From a virus (lineage: Duplodnaviria > Caudoviricetes): a DNA stretch of 64,000 nucleotides. Position numbers and translations under genes: made by a program. Each line of letters starts with the position of its first letter. The stretch's first letter is position 1. The notes below the pieces were generated by a model. The model saw nothing but the letters and a program-made list of their open reading frames with translations. It had not been told where the DNA came from and did not search any database. Shown here piece after piece: positions 55,301-64,000 of the stretch. The stretch lies in IMG/VR virus record IMGVR_UViG_3300032232_001415, positions 1-64,000 of that record. One strand, given 5' to 3'.

Positions 55301-56767
55301 ATGATTTTATGTGATCCTTCTGCCGAAAGGGCAGTATTGGCGGGAATTTGCAGTTACGGCGATGACGCATATTTGGATATTGCTGACATAGTTCAAGAAA
55401 CTTCTTTTACTATAGATAGCAATATTGTGATATATAAATGCTTAAAAAAGCTTTGTGAGCTAGATACAAAAACAAAAATAGATATAGCATCAATATACTC
55501 TATAGCTCAAGAGCTTGGCCTCGATCATATTCTTTCTAAAAAAGAAGAAACTCAACACCTAAAAGCTATTATGGATTTTCCTGTAAGTCAGGAAAATATA
55601 AGAAGATTTGCAGCAAAAATACGTAAGCTAGAAATAGCAAGACTATTAAGACAACAGCTAGAATTAGCTCAGAATAAAATTTTAGACGTTACGGGAAGCG
55701 AGTCCATATCATCTATAATCGGTCTTGCCGAAGACACGATCTTTAATTTTACGTCTTTGCTTAATGATGGAGATAGTGGACCAGAAAAAATTGGTTCAAC
55801 AATAGAAGAGTATATTAGAGATCTAGAAGAGAACAAAATTGATCAAGTTGGCATACCAACAGGATTTCCTATTTATGATCAATCAATTGGAGGAGGATTA
55901 AGAAAAGGTACTATTAACGTTATCGGAGCTAGACCAAAAACTGGAAAAACTCTTTTATCAGATAATATGGGTCAAAATATAGCTAAACTTGGTATTCCAG
56001 TTTTAAATATGGATACCGAAATGAATAGAGAAGACCATATTCATAGACTATTAGCTATGATGACAGAAATTGAAATCAATGCAATTGAAACTGGTAAATT
56101 TGCTGATTCTCCAGATACTAAAAATAAAATATCAAAAGCGGCACTTGATATCAAGAATATGAATCTGTATCATAAAAGTATAGCCGGAAAACCTTTTGAG
56201 GATCAATTAGCAATAATGAGAAGATGGTTAGTAAAAGAGGTTGGATTAAATGATGACGGAACTGCAAAAGATTGTGTTATATTTTATGACTATTTAAAGC
56301 TAATGGATAGTGCGGGAATCTCTCAGGATATGAAGGAGTATCAAGTATTGGGATTCATGATGACAAGTCTGCATAATTTTGCTGTTAGATATAAAGTTCC
56401 AATCGTGGCATTTATACAGTTAAATAGAGATGGCATAACCAAAGAAAGCACAGACTCTGCCAGCGGATCTGATCGTATAATATGGTTATGTAGTAACTTT
56501 ACAATTTTTAAAAGAAAGAGTGATGAAGAAATAGCGGAGGATGGTCTTACAAATGGAAACAGAAAATTAGTTCCTCTTATTAGTCGTCACGGCGGTGGAC
56601 TAGACGATAATGATTATATAAATTGTTATATGAAGGGCTGGTGTGCTAAGATAACAGAAGGCAAAACAAGATTAGAATTACTGAATAAAAAATCAAAGGA
56701 TGATGAAGGATTTATATTAGATAATGAAAACTCAAATAATGATGAAGAAGAAATTCCATTCGAATGA
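55301..56767 (+). CDS. dnaB: DnaB-like replicative helicase
   Basis: AERAVLAG, GIPTGF, GARPKTGKT, DTEM, DYLKLM, QLNR, SGSD. Confidence 0.92.
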   Translation: MILCDPSAERAVLAGICSYGDDAYLDIADIVQETSFTIDSNIVIYKCLKKLCELDTKTKIDIASIYSIAQELGLDHILSKKEETQHLKAIMDFPVSQENIRRFAAKIRKLEIARLLRQQLELAQNKILDVTGSESISSIIGLAEDTIFNFTSLLNDGDSGPEKIGSTIEEYIRDLEENKIDQVGIPTGFPIYDQSIGGGLRKGTINVIGARPKTGKTLLSDNMGQNIAKLGIPVLNMDTEMNREDHIHRLLAMMTEIEINAIETGKFADSPDTKNKISKAALDIKNMNLYHKSIAGKPFEDQLAIMRRWLVKEVGLNDDGTAKDCVIFYDYLKLMDSAGISQDMKEYQVLGFMMTSLHNFAVRYKVPIVAFIQLNRDGITKESTDSASGSDRIIWLCSNFTIFKRKSDEEIAEDGLTNGNRKLVPLISRHGGGLDDNDYINCYMKGWCAKITEGKTRLELLNKKSKDDEGFILDNENSNNDEEEIPFE

Positions 56768-57890
56768 TCAGGCCAAACTTAAAATAGTTTGCGATGATCT
56801 TTGTGATAATATTGAACTGCTATTGGAGACCTTAGATATAAAATATATCCTAAGATCTAAAATGGCCACTATGGCATGTCCGATACATGATGGAGATAAC
56901 GCGTCGGCCTTAAATATATATACTGAGGGTGATACATACAGAGGAAATTGGAAATGCAGAACACATAATTGTGAAAAAATTTTTAAGGGATCAATTATAG
57001 GTTTTGTTAGGGGTGTCATCTCTAATAGAAAATATAAATGGCAAAAAGATGGAGATGATACCTGTTCTTTTAATGAGGCTTTAGATTTTTGTCTATCATT
57101 AATCAATAAAGACTTAAAAAATATTAAAATTTCTAAAACTGATAGAGATAAGAAAAATTTCACGAATATAGTATCTAACCTTCAGACAAATCATTCATCT
57201 AAGGTTGTTAATAAAGTTAGTAGAGAAAAAGTCAGATCAACATTATCTATTCCATGTCAATATTTCGTTGATAGAGGATTTTCTAAAGAAATATTAGATA
57301 AGTACGATGTTGGTCTATGTGATAATCCAAATAAAGAAATGTTTAACAGGGGTGTTGTTCCAATCTATGATAATGATTATCAATATTTAGTAGGATGTAC
57401 TGGAAGAAGCATTTTTGACAAATGCCCTAAATGTAAAAGTCACCATAAAAATATAGACAATTGCCCAATAGAGTCCGACCTTTGGAAGCATCCAAAATGG
57501 AAACATAATTTTGATTTTAAGAGTCAAAATCATCTTTATAATTTTTGGTTTGCTAAAGAGCATATCTTGAAAAGTGGCACAGCAATAATAGTTGAAAGCC
57601 CAGGAAATGTTTGGAGATTGGAAGAAAACAATATACATAATAGCGTAGGAATTTTTGGATCATCATTAAGCGATAGACAAAAAATTATTCTTGATTCTTC
57701 TGGCGCTATGAACTTAGTGATACTCACAGACAATGACGAAGCTGGTAAAAAAGCTGCTATTCAGATTAAACAAAAATGCCAAAATACGTACAGAGTTTTC
57801 ATATTGAATATTACCAAATCTGATGTTGCCGAAATGAATAGTTCAGATATTGATTCAGAAATTAAATCCTATTTAGAGAATATTAAATGA
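56724..57890 (+). CDS. dnaG: DnaG-like primase (Zn-binding plus TOPRIM)
   Basis: CPIHDGDN..WKC...C, GRS, IIVES, DNDEAG. Confidence 0.88.
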   Translation: MKTQIMMKKKFHSNDQAKLKIVCDDLCDNIELLLETLDIKYILRSKMATMACPIHDGDNASALNIYTEGDTYRGNWKCRTHNCEKIFKGSIIGFVRGVISNRKYKWQKDGDDTCSFNEALDFCLSLINKDLKNIKISKTDRDKKNFTNIVSNLQTNHSSKVVNKVSREKVRSTLSIPCQYFVDRGFSKEILDKYDVGLCDNPNKEMFNRGVVPIYDNDYQYLVGCTGRSIFDKCPKCKSHHKNIDNCPIESDLWKHPKWKHNFDFKSQNHLYNFWFAKEHILKSGTAIIVESPGNVWRLEENNIHNSVGIFGSSLSDRQKIILDSSGAMNLVILTDNDEAGKKAAIQIKQKCQNTYRVFILNITKSDVAEMNSSDIDSEIKSYLENIK

Positions 57891-58459
57891 CAAAAATAAT
57901 AGCATTCGCTGGACGAAAACAATCTGGAAAAACTACATGCTCTGAATTTTTATCACAAAATTATAGTGGTAGTTCAAAGATTTATAATTTTGCTGATCCT
58001 CTCAAAAAAGATATTTGCATGGGAATATTAGGTATGAGCTATAATCAATGTTATGGGTCAGATGAATATAAAAACACCCTTACTGAATGCTATTGGAATA
58101 ATAAGCAGATGACAGCAAGAGAAGTCATGCAATTTGTTGGTACTGATCTTTTTCGTCAGATGAAAAATGACGTATGGGCTAGTGCTACTATAAATAAGAT
58201 TATTATAGAAAAACCAGAATTGGCTATAATTGCGGATTGCAGATTTCCAAACGAAGTTGAGTCAGTAAAAGATGCTGGTGGAATAGTTATAAAACTTATG
58301 CGCAATCCATACAATTCTAACCATCTGAGCGAAATAGCATTAGATATAGAGAATTATAACCCTGATAATTTTGATTTAGTTGTAGATAATACATCTATGA
58401 ACATAGATGAACAATATCAGTGCATACATTCATTTTTATTACAGAGGAATATACTATGA
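57887..58459 (+). CDS. Deoxynucleoside monophosphate kinase
   Basis: AGRKQSGKTT, FADPLK, TAREVMQFVGTD, DCRFPNE, HLSE. Confidence 0.9.
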   Translation: MTKIIAFAGRKQSGKTTCSEFLSQNYSGSSKIYNFADPLKKDICMGILGMSYNQCYGSDEYKNTLTECYWNNKQMTAREVMQFVGTDLFRQMKNDVWASATINKIIIEKPELAIIADCRFPNEVESVKDAGGIVIKLMRNPYNSNHLSEIALDIENYNPDNFDLVVDNTSMNIDEQYQCIHSFLLQRNIL

Positions 58460-58986
58460 GCGAAACAAAAAATATAAAACATTTAGTATCAGATTTCTGT
58501 GTTGGTTTAGGCATAGATATAGGATGCGGTGGCGACCCGGTTGCGCCAGATGTTCTTAGGTTTGATTTAAAAACACCATACACCCAGGAGAACAATTATC
58601 CGGCACAATTTATACTGAAAGAAAAACCAATATTATACTATATAAACAATAATTCTCTAGACTATATCTATAGTAGCCATCTAATAGAAGATTTTTTTTA
58701 TGAGGAACTTAAAGTCATAATAGCAGATTGGTTTCGAGCTTTAAAAGTTAATGGAAAACTCATATTGTGTGCCCCTGACCAAAAAGAATATATAAGACAT
58801 AACGAAGAAGTTTTAGGTATAAATAGATTCGACCATAGAGTTAATCAAGCTCATAAAGAGCAAGATTTCTCTATTGATACTTTTATAAATAATGTGTTAT
58901 CTCATATATCTATACAATATAATACAATCTTATCAATTCCGTCCATCAAACCATACTCATGGATTTTAATCCTAGAAAAATTATGA
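58456..58986 (+). CDS. SAM-dependent methyltransferase
   Basis: IDIGCG, SSHLIED, W.RALK..G.L....PD. Start ATG 58456 overlaps the upstream stop. Confidence 0.8.
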   Translation: MSETKNIKHLVSDFCVGLGIDIGCGGDPVAPDVLRFDLKTPYTQENNYPAQFILKEKPILYYINNNSLDYIYSSHLIEDFFYEELKVIIADWFRALKVNGKLILCAPDQKEYIRHNEEVLGINRFDHRVNQAHKEQDFSIDTFINNVLSHISIQYNTILSIPSIKPYSWILILEKL

Positions 58987-60026
58987 TTATTACCTATCTA
59001 AGAAGTAGTTCATACGGTACGCACTCGATGTGTCCTCAACAATATTTTTTTGAATATGTTCTAGGATGGAAATCTCCATCTAATAAAAAAGCTGATAAAG
59101 GCACAATTTGCCACAAGGTCTTAGAAATTTTAGCACATATTAAACTTTGTTCTCAAAATAAAGAAAAAATATATACTGATGATATACTTGGCGATATAAA
59201 TATCAAAAAATATGATATAGTAGATATATCTAACAGAGTTTACGAATATTATACCAGCCTTTTCACTCATCATGTGTGGGAGAATAAAGATCTAAAAGAT
59301 TGTATACTGTGGGTTAATAAGGCATTAACAGAGCATAATGGAACATTCGATCCAAGGAACAGGGATATTCTACAACCCGAACAAAGATTTGACATAGTAA
59401 TAGAAAAGCCGTGGGCTAAATTCAAATATAAAACACCAACAGAGAATCTGGAAGGTTATTTGGCAATAAAAGGAACTATCGATCTAATAACAAGAGTTAA
59501 TGAAGATACCATAGAAGTTATAGATTGGAAAACAGGAAGAAGATTAGACTGGGCTACTGGTGAAGAAAAAACACTAGCTAAGCTACAAGACGATCCTCAA
59601 CTAAGAATATACCACTATGCTGTTAGCAAACTATATCCTGATATAAATCATATTATGATAACGATAAATTTTATTAATGACGGTGGAGCGTTTACTATCT
59701 GCTATGATAAAAAAGATTTATCGAAAACCGAAGATATGATAAGACATAAGTTTGATAAAATAAAAAACACAAAAACTCCAGAATTGAATAAATCGTGGAA
59801 ATGTAATAAACTTTGTCATTTTGGAAAAACAACATTTGAAAATACAAATATTCTTCCAATATTAGAGTATCGTGGTGGACAATTAGTTCAAGTCGATAAG
59901 CCTATGACCAAATGCGAACAAGTTAAGCATGATATCGAACTCAAAGGAATAGACAATGTGATTGACCAATATACCGTCTCAGGATACAATATTGGTAGTT
60001 ACAAACCCCCAGGAAGTGCAGAATAA
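58983..60026 (+). CDS. Cas4/AddB-like PD-(D/E)xK exonuclease
   Basis: CPQQY, KGTICH, GTIDL, IDWKTG, QLRIY and C..LC...C Fe-S ligands. Confidence 0.85.
   Translation: MIITYLRSSSYGTHSMCPQQYFFEYVLGWKSPSNKKADKGTICHKVLEILAHIKLCSQNKEKIYTDDILGDINIKKYDIVDISNRVYEYYTSLFTHHVWENKDLKDCILWVNKALTEHNGTFDPRNRDILQPEQRFDIVIEKPWAKFKYKTPTENLEGYLAIKGTIDLITRVNEDTIEVIDWKTGRRLDWATGEEKTLAKLQDDPQLRIYHYAVSKLYPDINHIMITINFINDGGAFTICYDKKDLSKTEDMIRHKFDKIKNTKTPELNKSWKCNKLCHFGKTTFENTNILPILEYRGGQLVQVDKPMTKCEQVKHDIELKGIDNVIDQYTVSGYNIGSYKPPGSAE
59962..59990 (+). promoter_or_regulatory. Sigma70-type promoter for the dnaE operon
   Basis: TTGACC-N17-TACAAT, ending 35 nt before the dnaE ATG. Confidence 0.65.
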
Positions 60027-61897
60027 TGAATTATATTCCTCTCCATTGTCATTCCATGTTTAGTCTGTTGGATGGATTATCAAAACCTTCGCAGATTGCT
60101 GATAGGTGCCTAGAAATCAATGCGACCTCATGTGCATTAACCGATCATGGAAATATAGCTGGCGCTATCAAGTTTTATACTGAGATGAAGTCACGCGGCA
60201 TAAAGCCAATTCTTGGTTGCGAAATATATCTGTGTGAACAAGATCCAAAAATTCAAGAAAAGTCCAACAAAGATTTGACACATTTTATAGTTTTGGCCAA
60301 AAACTACCAAGGATGGAAAAATTTAATCAGGCTAGTGTCTGAGTCCAACAGACCAGACTTTTATTATCACAAGCCACGCCTCAATCTGGAGTCTCTGGCA
60401 GCATTCTGTGACGGTAACCTAATAGGATTTTGCGGCCATCTAGGATCACTCTTGGCAGATAAAATTATTGACCAGAATAAAATAATTGAGGATTGGCAAA
60501 ATGTTGGAGTGGAGATAATAGCCAAATTAAAGAAAATATTTGGTGAAGATAATTTTTTTCTAGAAGCTCAGTTAATGGATTGTGAAAATACCCCAATACA
60601 AAAAGAATTAACAGATATAATAAGAAAGTTGGGAAAAATAACCCACACTAAAGTAATATGCACACCAGACGCTCACTACTGTAAAAAAGAAGATGCTAAT
60701 GATCAAAGAATTTTATTATGCAATAATCTAAAAACAACATTTCCTGATATTAGTAGAAAAATCAGTAACGATGAAGATGTTCCGTTATCCTGTTTTTTTA
60801 CTTCTGATAATTTTCATATTCTCTCACAAGAAGAAATGAGAAACTTGCACACAGAAGAAGAAATTGCTAATACTAATTATGTAGCATCTTTATGTGAAGA
60901 ATATAATATTCTTAGTAAACCAAAATTACCACCATTCAAATGTCCTGAAGGATATAATCCAGATGAATACCTAAGACAACTTTGCAGAAATGGCTGGAGA
61001 GATAAGATAGCTAATAAAATCAAACAAGAAGATCAACAAATATATATTGATCGCATAAAATACGAATTAGATGTTCTACAGGGCGCTGGGCTGTCAAGTT
61101 ATTTTCTTATTGTTCAGGATATTGTTGATTATGTCAGAAAAAATAAATGGCTACCCGGACCAGGAAGAGGAAGCGCAGCAGGATGTCTGGTATCATACTT
61201 AATAGGCATAACTAGTATAGATCCGATTAGATATAATCTATTATTTGATAGATTTTATAATGCTGGAAGAAATACTGCTGATCGTATTTCAATGCCAGAT
61301 ATTGATGTTGATGTGCCAATAGATAAAAGAGAAATTATAATTGATTACATTAAAAATAGATATGGTCATGACAAAGTATCTCAAATGGTCACATTTAATA
61401 CCATTAAGGGACGAGGGGCCTTAAAGGATGTTTTAAGAGTTTATGGTAATATATCATTTGATGAGATGAATAAAATTACAAAAAATATTCCTGATGAAGC
61501 AAAAATTGCGGATGAACTCCAAGAGATGAAAGATGAGACGGGCGAGGCATCTATCATAAGATGGGCTTTGGAAAATAATCCAGAAAAATTAAAAGAATGG
61601 TGTTTTATCGACGAAAATAACGAATTACAAGGACCACTTGCAAAAAGGTTCGAGCAGGCTATAAGATTAGAGGGCACAAAGTCCAACCAATCCAAACATG
61701 CTGCTGGTATAGCCATTAGTGCAGAGCCGCTGAACATAACTTGCCCAATGGTATATGATGCAAAAAATGAACAATCTATAGCTGGTATGGAGATGCAAGA
61801 CTTGGAATCAATAGGTATTATAAAATTTGATATTTTAGGTGTAGCAATGTTGGACAAAATAATGACTATTCAAGATATTCTTAAAAATGGAGGATAA
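60026..61897 (+). CDS. dnaE: DNA polymerase III alpha, N-terminal half (PHP, palm, thumb)
   Basis: LHCHSMFSLLDG, TDHGN, GPGRGSAAG, MPDIDVD, HAAG; ends after KFDILG. Confidence 0.93.
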   Translation: MNYIPLHCHSMFSLLDGLSKPSQIADRCLEINATSCALTDHGNIAGAIKFYTEMKSRGIKPILGCEIYLCEQDPKIQEKSNKDLTHFIVLAKNYQGWKNLIRLVSESNRPDFYYHKPRLNLESLAAFCDGNLIGFCGHLGSLLADKIIDQNKIIEDWQNVGVEIIAKLKKIFGEDNFFLEAQLMDCENTPIQKELTDIIRKLGKITHTKVICTPDAHYCKKEDANDQRILLCNNLKTTFPDISRKISNDEDVPLSCFFTSDNFHILSQEEMRNLHTEEEIANTNYVASLCEEYNILSKPKLPPFKCPEGYNPDEYLRQLCRNGWRDKIANKIKQEDQQIYIDRIKYELDVLQGAGLSSYFLIVQDIVDYVRKNKWLPGPGRGSAAGCLVSYLIGITSIDPIRYNLLFDRFYNAGRNTADRISMPDIDVDVPIDKREIIIDYIKNRYGHDKVSQMVTFNTIKGRGALKDVLRVYGNISFDEMNKITKNIPDEAKIADELQEMKDETGEASIIRWALENNPEKLKEWCFIDENNELQGPLAKRFEQAIRLEGTKSNQSKHAAGIAISAEPLNITCPMVYDAKNEQSIAGMEMQDLESIGIIKFDILGVAMLDKIMTIQDILKNGG

Positions 61898-61899
61898 TT

Positions 61900-62085
61900 A
61901 TGGCGATCAAAAAATTTATGGATTTGTCTATTGGTGATAAATTCAAATTAAATGGTATTAATTATGTTAAGATTCAAGAAGAGAGAATTAGTTGTTGTCA
62001 GGTTATAAATGCCTCACAAGAAGATTTACCTAGTACCAGAATACAGGTTACTCCAATAACGGAAGTGGAAACAGATATTAACTAA
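61900..62085 (+). CDS. Small hypothetical protein between the dnaE halves
   Basis: GGAGG RBS; 61 aa; SH3/KOW-like LSIGDKF...YVKI. Confidence 0.65.
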   Translation: MAIKKFMDLSIGDKFKLNGINYVKIQEERISCCQVINASQEDLPSTRIQVTPITEVETDIN

Positions 62086-62786
62086 TGATAAACTATAATA
62101 AAATATGCGTTTTTGATTTTGAAACAGACGGTTCTGACCCGTCCGTGTGTAGTCCCGTTCAAATGGCTGCTGTAATTGTTGATCCAATAAAATTGGAAAT
62201 AATCCCAAAATCAGAATTTAATATCTTTTTTAAACCAGAAGTATTGGCAAAAGACGATAATTATGTATATGAAACTGACATTCTAGATTTTCATTCTAAG
62301 GTTAGAGGATGCTCCAAGGATGAGATTCTAGAAACTTGGAAAAAGTATCCATCACAAGATCAGTCGTGGAAAATTTTTACTAATTACCTTGAAATGTATC
62401 ACACAAGAGCGTCTAAGAAAAGCCAATTTAGTGCTCCAATAGCCGCTGGATATAACATTAATAGGTTTGATTTGAGAATAATTAATAGATTAAGTAAAAA
62501 ATATGGTAATGTAAATAAAGAAGAAAATTCAGATATTTTTTTTCCAAGAGATGTTTTAGATATAATGAATTTGGTTTTTTATTGGTTTGAACACAATGGT
62601 GACTTAAAAAGCTATTCACTAGATACTTTAAGAGATTATTTTGGTATTTCAAAAGAAGGTGCTCATGATGCTCTTAAAGACGTTAAAGACTGTGCAAATA
62701 TAATGATAAGATTTCTTAAGCTACATAGAAGCCTATCAAATAAAATAAAATTTAAAGATTCATTTTTGGAAGCTATTGATAAATAA
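62085..62786 (+). CDS. dnaQ: DEDDh 3'-5' exonuclease (DnaQ/epsilon-like)
   Basis: FDFETDG, GYN..RFD, AHDALKD. Confidence 0.85.
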   Translation: MINYNKICVFDFETDGSDPSVCSPVQMAAVIVDPIKLEIIPKSEFNIFFKPEVLAKDDNYVYETDILDFHSKVRGCSKDEILETWKKYPSQDQSWKIFTNYLEMYHTRASKKSQFSAPIAAGYNINRFDLRIINRLSKKYGNVNKEENSDIFFPRDVLDIMNLVFYWFEHNGDLKSYSLDTLRDYFGISKEGAHDALKDVKDCANIMIRFLKLHRSLSNKIKFKDSFLEAIDK

Positions 62787-62796
62787 AAATAAATAT

Positions 62797-64000
62797 ATGA
62801 CAAAAGAATTTTGTTATCCATGCGGATGTTCTTTCAAAGTCTTGGAAGAAACTAAAGATTTTCCTAGGCTAGAATTTACCCCTATAATAGAAGATATTAA
62901 TTTAGAATGTTCAAAAACATGGGAACTAATATCTGATGGTAACACCAAGGGATGTTTCCAATTAGAAAGCAGACTAGGTCGATCAATAGCTAAAAAACTT
63001 AAACCAGAGAATGTTGAACAACTATCAGCGTTGATTAGTATTTTAAGACCAGGATGTTTGGAAGCTATACGAGATGGTAAAAGCGTAACAAATCATTATA
63101 TAGATAAAAAAAATGGTAAAGAATCCATAGACTACTACCATCCTGCTCTAGAACCAATACTAAAGACAACATACGGAGAAATGGTATATCAAGAACAAGC
63201 AATGGAAATTGCAAAAGTTATTGCTGGATTTAATTTACAAGAAGCAGACATGTTAAGAAAAGCCATCGGTAAAAAGAAGCCAGAAGAAATGGCAAAGGTA
63301 AAAGAAAAATTCTTGTCTGGTGCTAAATTAATAGGAAAGGTTTCAATAGATGAGGCAGAAGAAATTTTCGGATGGATAGAAAAAAGCCAAAGATATTCAT
63401 TTAATAAGTCCCATTCTGTTAGTTATGCTATAAATGCATATTTATCTGCTTATACTAAAGCACATTTTCCTAAAATATTTTTTGCTTCATATCTAAGATT
63501 TGCAAAAGATAAGATTGATCCAAAAGCAGAAATAAAAGAATTAGTCCAAAATGCAAGCGAAATGGATATAAATGTTTATACTCCTGATATCAGAAATATA
63601 AATAAATTATTCATCTTAAAAAATAATGGTATATATTTTGGCTTAACGGATATCAAGGGTTTTGGTAATTCTGTATACGATAAATTATTGGCTATTCTAG
63701 ATAAAAAATCAATAGAAATAGAAAAGCTTAATTGGATACAAATGCTCTGTCTTGTATTACAGGATATTAATTCTACAGCAGCAAAAGCCCTCATAAAGTC
63801 AGGTGCTCTATCGTATATAAAAAAAACAAGAAACTCGATGTTATTTGAATACGAATTAATCAGCCAGCTAACTAAAAAAGAATTAGAATATATCAATAAA
63901 AATATATATGGATATGAAACACTCGATCAAGCATTATCTAGTCTAATAAAGCTAGGAAAGATCAATAAAAAAAGATTAATAAATGTTCAAAATATATTGT
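62797..64000 (+). CDS. dnaE: DNA polymerase III alpha, C-terminal half (fingers, HhH); runs off the window end and is missing from the ORF track
   Basis: Translated by hand: INLECSKTWELISDGNTKGCFQLES, LISILRPG, TYGEMVYQEQ, ADMLRKAIGKK, YSFNKSH, IYFGLTDIKGFG. Confidence 0.92.
   Translation, partial: MTKEFCYPCGCSFKVLEETKDFPRLEFTPIIEDINLECSKTWELISDGNTKGCFQLESRLGRSIAKKLKPENVEQLSALISILRPGCLEAIRDGKSVTNHYIDKKNGKESIDYYHPALEPILKTTYGEMVYQEQAMEIAKVIAGFNLQEADMLRKAIGKKKPEEMAKVKEKFLSGAKLIGKVSIDEAEEIFGWIEKSQRYSFNKSHSVSYAINAYLSAYTKAHFPKIFFASYLRFAKDKIDPKAEIKELVQNASEMDINVYTPDIRNINKLFILKNNGIYFGLTDIKGFGNSVYDKLLAILDKKSIEIEKLNWIQMLCLVLQDINSTAAKALIKSGALSYIKKTRNSMLFEYELISQLTKKELEYINKNIYGYETLDQALSSLIKLGKINKKRLINVQNIL

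Noticed and set aside
58983-60026. CRISPR-Cas system suggested by the Cas4-like gene
   Set aside because: No repeat-spacer array or other cas genes are seen. Solo Cas4-like nucleases are common in phage replication modules.
61897-62797. Split intein, group I intron or frameshift explaining the dnaE break
   Set aside because: No intein N- or C-terminal motifs. The gap is filled by two tightly packed genes with no room for a ribozyme core.
229-63896. Numerous short minus-strand and alternate-frame ORFs in the track (e.g. 229..594, 8859..9218, 20102..20584, 27912..28337, 61441..61857, 63576..63896)
   Set aside because: They are shadows of well-supported genes on the opposite strand or frame and have no motifs. 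63576..63896 lies opposite the DnaE C-terminal half.
1-64000. Alternative genetic code (stop-codon reassignment)
   Set aside because: Conserved genes are full length in code 11 and use all three stops at packed gene ends.

Overview
A gene-dense, AT-rich, almost entirely + strand segment of a large tailed-phage genome in the standard genetic code. No terminase, portal or capsid gene is recognisable here; the phage call rests on rIIB, PhoH, a Cas4-like nuclease, dNMP kinase, a phage sigma factor and tight gene packing. In order: (1) 1-2.4 kb rIIB, a tRNA-like structured intergenic element and a RepB-type primase; (2) 3.5-7.3 kb mini-RuvA/RuvB/HNH, an actin-fold ATPase resembling haloarchaeal volactin with a membrane partner, and a trypsin-like protease; (3) 7.5-17.8 kb host-takeover and metabolic genes (macrodomain, NDT, SET, GMP reductase, GT4, ferritin-like, PAP2, sigma factor, ClpP, DeoC-like); (4) 17.8-30.2 kb membrane/secreted and probable virion proteins, with an active and an apparently dead papain-like peptidase and a ~990-aa beta-solenoid; (5) 30.3-45.9 kb a glycan biosynthesis island (probable branched 3,6-dideoxy sugar pathway, methyl- and sulfotransferases) and an inverted ADP-heptose-type cassette; (6) 46-64 kb nucleotide metabolism and replication: intein-containing class II RNR, PhoH, RecA, DnaB, DnaG, dNMP kinase, Cas4-like nuclease, and an intein-free split DnaE with the proofreading exonuclease gene between its halves. 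The best candidates for new biology are the split DnaE, the volactin-like actin module, the Zn-ribbon/RuvA-domain-III plus RuvB motor, the anticodon-less tRNA mimic, the branched-sugar pathway and three apparently catalytically dead enzyme homologues. All family calls come from motif recognition by eye; no searches were run.
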